From: an uncultured bacterium
Lineage (GTDB): Bacteria; Patescibacteriota; Minisyncoccia; Phycocordibacterales; GWA1-40-21
Length of the DNA stretch: 64,000 nt
Reading direction: 5' to 3'
Assembly: GCA_963804975.1 (NCBI GenBank)
Contig: CAWDSG010000002.1
Location: 341,015 to 405,014 of the forward strand
Shown here: piece after piece, positions 56,220 to 64,000 of the stretch
Numbering within the stretch: position 1 is the first letter of the stretch
Layout of the letters: each line of letters begins with the position of its first letter
Translations under genes and position numbers: made by a program
Notes under the pieces: generated by a model
Databases searched by the model: none
Seen by the model: only the letters and a program-made list of their open reading frames with translations
Told to the model about the DNA's origin: nothing

Positions 56220-56246
56220 TAAAAACCCCGAGGTTTAACCTCGGGG
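56215..56246. repeat. REP-like palindrome overlapping the mpg stop codon
   Basis: GTTGATAAAAACCCCGAGGTTTAACCTCGGGG; 31/32 identical to the fmt copy. Confidence 0.88.
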
Positions 56247-56292
56247 GATTTTTATACTTTACAATCATACTTAATATTTATATTATTTGAAT

Positions 56293-56937
56293 ATGGCAAA
56301 TAAAACATTCCGTGAAAAACTGATTATAGTGCTCAAATGCTTATGGATGCTGATTAAGCCGATTCCCGCAATAATTGCCGTATGCGCGATATGGTATTTC
56401 GTGTTTTATAAAAATAGCCTTCATGTGAGCGAAAATGTTGAAATTATTATGATTTGGATTTCTATATTCGGCATTCTCTACGGCCTTTTTGAAGCTGTTG
56501 TACTGACCACGGTTTGGAATGAATACAAAACAATGAGAACGGCTGTCAAAAGATATGATTTTGACACTTTTGCGGATTTGCGTGACGAGGAAATATCCCC
56601 GCTGGTGCATACGCTCACGTTTGTGCTTTCCGGGGTTATACTTTTGGCACTTATGTGCCTGAAATACGTCAGTTTGCAAAGCGGAATGCTTTTTATCGCG
56701 AGCACAACCTATCTTTTCACCCTTATTTTCCTTGTTATATACGAAATAGACGATCCCTGCACCGGCCTTTGGTATATAAGAAGTATTCCTAAAGAATGGC
56801 TTCAGATTGATGTCAAAAAATTTCGTATGGAAGAACGATATAAAAAAGCTCATCCGCTTTTTTTGGAAAAACATAAAGACAAGATTGAGAAAAAAATTAA
56901 TAATTTCTTGGCAAATAATCCCGAACAGAAAAAATAG
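56293..56937 (+). CDS. Four-TM hypothetical membrane protein
   Basis: Four hydrophobic segments; EIDDPCTG motif. Confidence 0.7.
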   Translation: MANKTFREKLIIVLKCLWMLIKPIPAIIAVCAIWYFVFYKNSLHVSENVEIIMIWISIFGILYGLFEAVVLTTVWNEYKTMRTAVKRYDFDTFADLRDEEISPLVHTLTFVLSGVILLALMCLKYVSLQSGMLFIASTTYLFTLIFLVIYEIDDPCTGLWYIRSIPKEWLQIDVKKFRMEERYKKAHPLFLEKHKDKIEKKINNFLANNPEQKK

Positions 56938-56939
56938 AT

Positions 56940-58241
56940 ATGAGAAATGATATCGTATACGAAGGAGCCGACGAGCTTACTTATGAAATAAGGGAAATCG
57001 TGGAAATTGCCCAAAAAATAGAAAAAACCGGCATTAAGATTTTTTGGGAAAATATCGGCGATCCCGTGGCGAAAGGTGAAAAAATACCTGAGTGGATTAA
57101 GAATATTATTGCCGACACAGTGAAAAATGACGACGATAGTTTTGCATATTCTCCGACTCGCGGACTTCTTGAAACGCGGGAATATATCGCAAAAGAAAGG
57201 AATCTTGAAGGCGGAATCCAAATAAAACCTGATGATATATTATTTTTCAATGGGCTTGGCGACGCTATTTCAAAAGTTTATACTTATCTTAATTCGCACG
57301 CCCGAGTTATCGGCCCAAATCCCGCTTATCCGACCCATTCTTCCGCCGAAGCGGCGCATGCCGACGCTCCGCATATCACATATAAGCTTGATCCGAAAAA
57401 CAATTGGTATCCGGATCTTGCCGATATGAGAGAAAAAATAATTTCCAATAAGCATATTTCCGGAATTTTAATCATCAATCCGGATAATCCGACAGGGATG
57501 GTTTATCCCGAGGAAATTATGAAAAAAATCGTAGATATGGCGCGCGAATTCAAACTCTTCATCATTTCCGATGAGATTTATTCAAACCTTTTTTATGAAG
57601 GTGTAAAACATAAAAAACTGGCGCAGGTATTGGGCGATGTGCCGGGACTTGCCATGCGCGGAATATCAAAAGAATTTCCTTGGCCGGGAGGACGCTGTGG
57701 CTGGATAGAATTCTACAATTGCGATAAAGACAAAGATTTTGCCAGATACGCCAAAACACTTCTTGACGCAAAGATGCTTGAGGTTTGCTCTACCACCCTG
57801 CCACAAAAAGTTCTGCCGAAAGTTATGGGCGATCCGCGGTATTATCCATACTTGGCGGAGCGCAATAAAACATACAAAAGAAAAGCTGAAATCACCTATG
57901 AAATTTTATCAAAAATTCCGGAAATTATCGTGAATAAGCCCAGCGGAGCTTTTTATATGACGGTTATTTTCAAAAACGGCGTATTGAACCCAAAACAAAC
58001 CTTAAAACCGGCAAATAAGGAAGCCGGGAAAATCGTGGAAAAAATTTCAGAAACCGATAAGCTGGACAAAAGATTCGCTTATCAGCTTCTCTCTTCGCGC
58101 GGAATCTGCGTTGTCCCCCTTTCTTCCGGTTTCAATTCCGATCTGTACGGCTTTCGTATTACTCTGCTTGAACCGGACGAAATAAAATTCAAAAAAACTA
58201 TTGAAACGATAGCGGATGCAATAAATGAATATATAAAATGA
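56940..58241 (+). CDS. PLP-dependent class I/II aminotransferase (AlaA-like)
   Basis: NIGDP, YSPTRG, INPDNPTG, SDEIY and ISK...PGGRCGW motifs. Confidence 0.92.
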   Translation: MRNDIVYEGADELTYEIREIVEIAQKIEKTGIKIFWENIGDPVAKGEKIPEWIKNIIADTVKNDDDSFAYSPTRGLLETREYIAKERNLEGGIQIKPDDILFFNGLGDAISKVYTYLNSHARVIGPNPAYPTHSSAEAAHADAPHITYKLDPKNNWYPDLADMREKIISNKHISGILIINPDNPTGMVYPEEIMKKIVDMAREFKLFIISDEIYSNLFYEGVKHKKLAQVLGDVPGLAMRGISKEFPWPGGRCGWIEFYNCDKDKDFARYAKTLLDAKMLEVCSTTLPQKVLPKVMGDPRYYPYLAERNKTYKRKAEITYEILSKIPEIIVNKPSGAFYMTVIFKNGVLNPKQTLKPANKEAGKIVEKISETDKLDKRFAYQLLSSRGICVVPLSSGFNSDLYGFRITLLEPDEIKFKKTIETIADAINEYIK

Positions 58242-59356
58242 AAAAGAAGAAAACTTTTTTAAAAAATCCTTATGTATGGCTCTCGGCAAGCTTGCTTTAT
58301 TTGGCTGCAATCATAATTTGCGGATTTTTTAATGTTAAAACTTCTCCCGCCCAGACAGTTTCAAATATCGTAAAAGATATTTTTATTGCTCCAAAATATC
58401 CGCCGCTTAATATCGCCGATTACGATCTGCGCCTCGACAAGCTTGCGCATCTTTTGCCGAGAGACGCAACAAACACTCTGTCGCTTATCTCCACTTCAAC
58501 AGCGACTTCCACCGTCAATATCGCAACATCAACGCGTCTTTGGCCTGTACAAGCCCCGTATCCTCTGGATGGGGCAATTTTTCCTTTCAAACGCATCATC
58601 GCCTATTACGGAAATTATTATTCAAAAAATATGGGCGTACTTGGGCAATATCCGGCAGATGAAATGCTTTCCATGCTCCAAGCGGAAGTGAATAAATGGA
58701 ATCTTGCCGATCCCGGCACGCCTGCCTCACCTGCATTGCAATATATTGCGGTTACAGCCCAAGGGTATAAAGGCAATGACGGCAAATATCGCTCTAGAAT
58801 GCCGTCTGACCAGATAGATAAAACTATATCGCTTGCATCAGAGATAAACGGTATTGTCATTCTTGATGTGCAGATCGGGCAAAGCACGCTGGAAAACGAA
58901 ATTCCTCCTCTTCTAAAATATTTAAAGATGCCGCAAGTAAATCTCGCCATTGATCCGGAATTTGCGATGAAAGCAAGCCAAGTGCCTGGAGCCGAGTATG
59001 TCGGCACAATTGATGCAGTGGATATCAATTATGTGATAAATTTTCTCGCGAAGCTTGTAAAAGAATACGATCTTCCGCCGAAAATTCTGATAATCCACCG
59101 ATACAGGGAAAATATGGTTACCAATTATAAAGAAATTGAAAAGATACCCGAAGTGCAGGTTGTAATGAATATGGACGGCTGGGGCGATATCGGCGGCAAA
59201 ATGGCAATTTATCAGGAATATATAACGGATCAGCCGGTGCAGTTTGCCGGCATCAAGCTTTTTTATCACAATGACACTCTGGCGAGCAGCACTATGATGA
59301 CGCCGGATGAAATTTTGAAACTGACTCCTGAACCGATTTATATCCAGTATCAATAA
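58238..59356 (+). CDS. Membrane-anchored hypothetical protein
   Basis: TM helix, S/T linker, then IIAYYG..MGVLG...LDVQIG...LAIDPEF...MDGWG...GIKLFY. Confidence 0.7.
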   Translation: MKKKKTFLKNPYVWLSASLLYLAAIIICGFFNVKTSPAQTVSNIVKDIFIAPKYPPLNIADYDLRLDKLAHLLPRDATNTLSLISTSTATSTVNIATSTRLWPVQAPYPLDGAIFPFKRIIAYYGNYYSKNMGVLGQYPADEMLSMLQAEVNKWNLADPGTPASPALQYIAVTAQGYKGNDGKYRSRMPSDQIDKTISLASEINGIVILDVQIGQSTLENEIPPLLKYLKMPQVNLAIDPEFAMKASQVPGAEYVGTIDAVDINYVINFLAKLVKEYDLPPKILIIHRYRENMVTNYKEIEKIPEVQVVMNMDGWGDIGGKMAIYQEYITDQPVQFAGIKLFYHNDTLASSTMMTPDEILKLTPEPIYIQYQ

Positions 59357-59466
59357 AAGCTCACTCGGACATTTAATTTTGAGATCCGCATAATTTTCTG
59401 CTGAAAATTTGCTCAGGACTCATGCCGACGCATTCCGTAGCTCTCAAAATTAAATGTCCTCGCTCG
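59357..59466 (+). repeat. Structured dispersed repeat, copy 4
   Basis: Perfect 18-bp arms at 59367-59384 and 59442-59459; 102/110 identical to copy 2. Confidence 0.92.
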
Positions 59467-59471
59467 CTGTC

Positions 59472-60056
59472 TTATTTTATTTTTCTGAATCGGGTTTTGT
59501 AAATCAGATATGCAAGAAAAATAATAATAGCGATTATTGCAAAAATCCAAAGATCGGCAAGGAATTTCGGCCAGTACTTTCCCACCAGATATCCGGCGAG
59601 CACAAAAAAGACCACATCGGTTATATTTCCCAAAACATCGAATAAAAGGAATTTCCAGAAAGGAATGCGGATAAGTCCTGAGATGAAATTTACCGATGGG
59701 CCGAACGGCCCGACAATCTTGCAGAAAAATATAGTTCCATAGGCATAGTTTTCCAGATATTTCTTGACTTTAAAGAAAGCGTCATCTTTTTTTATACGCA
59801 GAAATTTAAAAATTGTATCGCCGTGCCTATGAGTAAGAAAATAGCCCAACATATCTGCAGAAATATTTGTGAAAAGCGAAATAAAAATTACTTTAAAAAC
59901 ATTAAAATAACCAAGACTGGCAAAAGCCCCAACCATCAGTATGATTTCATTCAGCGGAAGAGGCACAATGAAAGAACCTGAAAATACAATGATAAACAAG
60001 GCGATATACTTGTAAGCGATGAGATATGACGTGAATGACGATACCAAAAAAATCAT
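59472..60056 (-). CDS. DedA family membrane protein
   Basis: PLPLNEI...GAFA...ADMLGY...NFISGL..IPFWKFL. Confidence 0.85.
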   Translation of the reverse strand: MIFLVSSFTSYLIAYKYIALFIIVFSGSFIVPLPLNEIILMVGAFASLGYFNVFKVIFISLFTNISADMLGYFLTHRHGDTIFKFLRIKKDDAFFKVKKYLENYAYGTIFFCKIVGPFGPSVNFISGLIRIPFWKFLLFDVLGNITDVVFFVLAGYLVGKYWPKFLADLWIFAIIAIIIFLAYLIYKTRFRKIK

Positions 60057-60101
60057 TTTTTGTTTAAAAACTAATTATAGCATAATAATTCATAAAATAT
60101 T

Positions 60102-60704
60102 TTAAAAATTTGCTTTAAGCCCGATTTTCTTTCTTTGCATTGTTTTGTAAATAATATAAATTATAAATATCACAAAAACAACGGCGCTCGCAAGCCACGT
60201 GTCGTCAATGAACAATTGCCAGTAATTGCCGAGAATATAGCCGGCAAGGACGAAAAATACGTCACCGACGGCATTTCCGAGGATATCTGCAAAAAGGAAT
60301 TTATGGAACGGAACGCCGATAAGCCCGGAGAGAAAATTGACATACGGAGCAAAAGGGCCGGCGATTTTTGTCAGAAAAATGGTTCCGAAAGCGTAATTTC
60401 TCAGATGTTTTTCAATATCAAAAATTTTTTTGTCCCATTTTGGAATAAGCTTATCAATGACAATGTTTCCATATCTGTATGTGAGAAAAAAACCGAAACA
60501 GTCGGCAAGAACAGTTCCGATAATTGTGATTAAAATAACGATATAAACATTCATATATCCTTGGCTGGCAAAAGCTCCGCAAGCGACAAGAACGGTATTT
60601 TCCGGTATTGGCAGAATAAAAGCCGAAGAAAAGGCAATGAGAAAAAGCCCCCAATATTTATACAACAGAATAAAAGATAGGAATGAGGAAAGAAACAAAG
60701 TCAT
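60102..60704 (-). CDS. DedA family membrane protein (tandem paralogue)
   Basis: PIPENTV...GAFA...ADCFGF...NFLSGL..VPFHKFL. Confidence 0.85.
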   Translation of the reverse strand: MTLFLSSFLSFILLYKYWGLFLIAFSSAFILPIPENTVLVACGAFASQGYMNVYIVILITIIGTVLADCFGFFLTYRYGNIVIDKLIPKWDKKIFDIEKHLRNYAFGTIFLTKIAGPFAPYVNFLSGLIGVPFHKFLFADILGNAVGDVFFVLAGYILGNYWQLFIDDTWLASAVVFVIFIIYIIYKTMQRKKIGLKANF

Positions 60705-60705
60705 T

Positions 60706-61098
60706 TTATTTTATTGGCGAAAGAAAATAATCGGCGACTGTTTTTTTCATTTCTGCCAGAAACTGGATTTCATCAAGCTTATGATTCTTTGCATACCTTG
60801 AAATCGGAATTAGCGGATAGCTTGAATCGGAAATAACTAAAGTGTTTTTTAAATAATCCGAGGGCAGTGCAAAAATCCTGTTGATGTAGTCAAATGTCAT
60901 CCACGAAGCGATCAAATCAGTATTTTTGCCGATCAATTTGCCGTGAAATTCCGCCATTTTTTGCGTTATGGCTTCCCTATAGCTTGCGATTAATTGAAAT
61001 CTTTGAACGCGCGAATATTGCCTTATGCAATAAGCCGCCGAGAAAATAATTATAATGGAAAGGATTATGACAAGTGGTTTTGAGATTTCTTTTTTCAT
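60706..61098 (-). CDS. Membrane-anchored hypothetical protein
   Basis: One TM helix, then WMTFDYINRIFALPSDYL; first gene of the DedA operon. Confidence 0.65.
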   Translation of the reverse strand: MKKEISKPLVIILSIIIIFSAAYCIRQYSRVQRFQLIASYREAITQKMAEFHGKLIGKNTDLIASWMTFDYINRIFALPSDYLKNTLVISDSSYPLIPISRYAKNHKLDEIQFLAEMKKTVADYFLSPIK

Positions 61099-61260
61099 GG
61101 ATATATTTTAACACATTTTTTCAATACAAAAAAGTGTAGCTTTTTGAAGCGATATTTTATATAATAAAAATATAACAAATGTTGATTTGTGAGATTAAAA
61201 ACTCCTGTCAGGTGTTTTTTAATTGAGACGTTTAATAATTATTAATAATTTTGGATAAAT

Positions 61261-63915
61261 ATGGCAAAAAACAAGAAGTACGTTTATGCGTTTGAGGAAG
61301 GCAATAAGGATATGAGAGAGATTCTTGGCGGGAAAGGTGCCAATCTTGCCGAAATGAAAAGTTTGGGAATAAATGTGCCTCCGGGTTTTACCATTACGAC
61401 AGAAGCATGCCGTCTGTATTATGAAGTCGGCAAGAAAATAAATTCTGAAGTAAAAAAACAAACGGATATTGGACTAGCTCTCCTTGAAAAGAAAATGAAA
61501 AAGAAACTCGGAGATGCGAGCGATCCCCTTCTTGTTTCCGTGCGCTCTGGCGCTGCCGCTTCAATGCCTGGAATGATGGATACTATTTTGAATCTCGGAC
61601 TCAACGACAAATCTGTCCTAGGTTTGGCAAAAATAACGAATAATCCGAGATTCGCCTGGGATTCTTACCGACGTCTGATGCAAATGTTCGGCTCTGTGGT
61701 CATGGAAATGGAGCATTCCGATTTTGAGCATATTTTGGAATCAGCCAAAGATACGAAAGGCGTAAAATACGATACCGATTTGACCGCAGAAGATTTAAAA
61801 AATTTGGTTGAAAAATACAAGGCAAAAATAAAAGAGGTCAAAGGAAAGGAATTCCCGCAGAATCCGATTGAACAGATGTATATGGCTATCAATGCCGTTT
61901 TCAATTCCTGGAACAATTACCGCGCTATCAGATATCGCGAAATAAACAATATCAAAGGGCTTATTGGCACTGCAGTCAATATCCAGTCAATGGTCTTCGG
62001 CAATCTGGGAAATGATTCCGGCACCGGCGTATGCTTTACCAGAAATCCTTCAACCGGCGAGGCAAAATTCTACGGCGAATATCTGATGAACGCTCAAGGC
62101 GAGGATGTCGTCGCCGGCATCAGGACTCCGCTTGCTGTTTCAGCCCTGGAAAAGCAAGACCCGAAGATTTACAAAGAACTCGTCAGTACCTGCAACAAAG
62201 TTGAAAAACATTACAAAGATATGCAGGATATGGAATTTACCATTGAACGAGGCAAGCTTTATATTCTTCAAGCAAGAAGCGGAAAAAGAACTGCCGCAGC
62301 TTCAGTAAAAATTGCAGTTGACCTGGTTAAAGAAAAACTTATAACTCTTGAGACCGCGATTTTGAGGATTGATCCTAACCAATTAAACCAGCTTTTGCAC
62401 AAACAACTCGATCCCGTCGCCGTAGCCGAAGCCGAATCAATCGCCCAGGGTTTGCCTGCATCGCCGGGAGCTGCTGTTGGAGAAATTGTTTTCACCGCAT
62501 CCGAAGCTTTTGAAAAAGCAAAATCAGGACTTGATGTCATTCTTGTCAGGACGGAAACATCGCCGGAAGATATTGATGGAATGCATTCCGCGAAAGGAAT
62601 TTTGACTGCGCGGGGCGGAATGACATCTCATGCGGCAGTCGTTGCACGAGGAATGGGCACCTGCTGCGTCGCCGGTTGTTCGGATTTGGATATAAACGAA
62701 AAAAATAAAACTCTGACAATTAAAAGCAAAGGTATCACTCTCAAAGAAGGAGATTTTATTTCGCTTGACGGTTCTACCGGAAAAGTTTACGGCAAAAAAC
62801 TCGGCACGCAGGATCCAGCGCTTACCGGTAATTTTGCCACGCTTATGTTGTGGTCTGATAAATTCAGAAAAATAGGCGTTGAAACAAATGCCGATACGCC
62901 ACATGATGCGGAAGTTGCGAGAAAATTCGGCGCGGAAGGCATCGGTCTTTGCAGGACCGAACATATGTTTTTTGAAGGCGCTAGAATAAAAGCTATACGA
63001 GAAATGATTCTTGCCAAAGACCTTGAAGCGAGAAAAAAGGCATTGGCAAAGCTTTATCCGTACCAAAAAGGCGATTTTGCGGGCCTATTTACCGCAATGA
63101 GCGGCTTTTCCGTGACTATCCGCCTCTTGGATGCACCACTTCATGAATTCCTGCCTAAAGAGCAGAAAGATATTGAAGAATTGGCAAAAGAAATGAATGT
63201 CGGCGTAAATACTTTGGAAGCAAAAATTGCCGATTTGCACGAATTCAACCCGATGCTTGGACATCGCGGCTGCCGTTTGGCCATCACCTATCCGGAAATT
63301 TACGATATGCAGGCGGAAGCAATTATTGATGCCGCAATTGAAGTGAAAAAAACCGGAAAAGTTGTGAAGCCGGAAATAATGATTCCTATTGTCGCCACCA
63401 CGAAAGAATTCACTATTTTGAAAGATAGGATTGTAAATATTGTTGAAAATAAAATAAAACTTTCAGGAACAAAAATTGATTACAAGATAGGCACCATGAT
63501 AGAAGTCCCAAGAGCTGCTTTGATTGCCGACAAACTTGTAGAAGCCGGCGCGCAATTTTTCTCATTCGGCACGAATGATTTGACACAAATGGGCGCCGGG
63601 CTTTCAAGAGATGATGCAGGCAAATTCCTGAAAGAATATGTTGCAAAAGATATTTTCGCCTATGACCCGTTTGAAGTGCTTGACCAGGAAGGCATCGGCG
63701 AACTTATCAGAATTGCAGTCAAAAAAGGCAGGTCAATAGATAAAAAATTGAAAATCGGCATCTGCGGAGAGCACGGCGGAGAACCAAAAACTGTGGAATT
63801 CTGCCATCGCGAAGGTCTCACTTATGTTTCCTGCTCGCCTTTCAGAGTGCCGATTGCGCGCCTTGCCGGAGCACAGGCAGTTGTGAGAGAAAAGATTGGA
63901 AAGAAAAAGAAATAA
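61261..63915 (+). CDS. ppdK: Pyruvate, phosphate dikinase
   Basis: LGGKGANLAEM, SMPGMMDT, GGMTSHAAVVARG, GLCRTEHMF, SFGTNDL and CGEHGG motifs. Confidence 0.98.
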   Translation: MAKNKKYVYAFEEGNKDMREILGGKGANLAEMKSLGINVPPGFTITTEACRLYYEVGKKINSEVKKQTDIGLALLEKKMKKKLGDASDPLLVSVRSGAAASMPGMMDTILNLGLNDKSVLGLAKITNNPRFAWDSYRRLMQMFGSVVMEMEHSDFEHILESAKDTKGVKYDTDLTAEDLKNLVEKYKAKIKEVKGKEFPQNPIEQMYMAINAVFNSWNNYRAIRYREINNIKGLIGTAVNIQSMVFGNLGNDSGTGVCFTRNPSTGEAKFYGEYLMNAQGEDVVAGIRTPLAVSALEKQDPKIYKELVSTCNKVEKHYKDMQDMEFTIERGKLYILQARSGKRTAAASVKIAVDLVKEKLITLETAILRIDPNQLNQLLHKQLDPVAVAEAESIAQGLPASPGAAVGEIVFTASEAFEKAKSGLDVILVRTETSPEDIDGMHSAKGILTARGGMTSHAAVVARGMGTCCVAGCSDLDINEKNKTLTIKSKGITLKEGDFISLDGSTGKVYGKKLGTQDPALTGNFATLMLWSDKFRKIGVETNADTPHDAEVARKFGAEGIGLCRTEHMFFEGARIKAIREMILAKDLEARKKALAKLYPYQKGDFAGLFTAMSGFSVTIRLLDAPLHEFLPKEQKDIEELAKEMNVGVNTLEAKIADLHEFNPMLGHRGCRLAITYPEIYDMQAEAIIDAAIEVKKTGKVVKPEIMIPIVATTKEFTILKDRIVNIVENKIKLSGTKIDYKIGTMIEVPRAALIADKLVEAGAQFFSFGTNDLTQMGAGLSRDDAGKFLKEYVAKDIFAYDPFEVLDQEGIGELIRIAVKKGRSIDKKLKIGICGEHGGEPKTVEFCHREGLTYVSCSPFRVPIARLAGAQAVVREKIGKKKK

Positions 63916-64000
63916 AAGAAAAAACCCGTATGTCACTTGCGGGTTTTTAATAGATTGATCTAACTAATCTTTATCAACCAACACACAGTATGGTTTTAAA

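Noticed and set aside
1-64000. CRISPR array, prophage, transposase, integron, or UGA recoding (code 25)
   Set aside because: No regularly spaced repeats and no phage, transposase or integrase motifs were seen. TGA serves as a normal stop (asnB, def, mpg) and conserved genes are full length under code 11.

Overview
This 64-kb window looks like chromosome from a low-GC, reduced-genome bacterium, most likely CPR/Patescibacteria (Parcubacteria-like). The assignment is inferred from gene content, a short AspRS, DUF5666/DUF5667-type proteins and SD-less core genes; the genetic code is the standard code 11. Housekeeping content: cysS, ctpA, rplI, rpmA, gltX, murG-ftsW-mraY with asnB and a D,D-carboxypeptidase, scpAB, aspS, trpS, grpE-dnaK-dnaJ, a MacAB-like exporter, two ECF sigma/anti-sigma loci, dnaX, dus, def, fmt, hpf, mpg, ppdK, tRNA-Gln and tRNA-Asn. 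No transposase, prophage, rRNA or CRISPR array was seen. The unusual signals are mostly non-coding or very small: (1) a five-copy ~100-130 nt structured repeat with a conserved core and strongly covarying arms; (2) three kinds of 21-nt palindrome inserted in frame in proteins, all three in fmt; (3) about 13 self-contained units of sigma70 promoter + SD + small orphan ORF (or structured RNA) + terminator, placed between leaderless/SD-less core genes, one encoding an apparent ArgH C-terminal fragment; (4) a 99-aa ORF ending in RAP between grpE and dnaK, a candidate arrest-peptide regulator; (5) two candidate ncRNAs; (6) readable ECF promoters. All family assignments come from motif recognition by eye, not from database searches.
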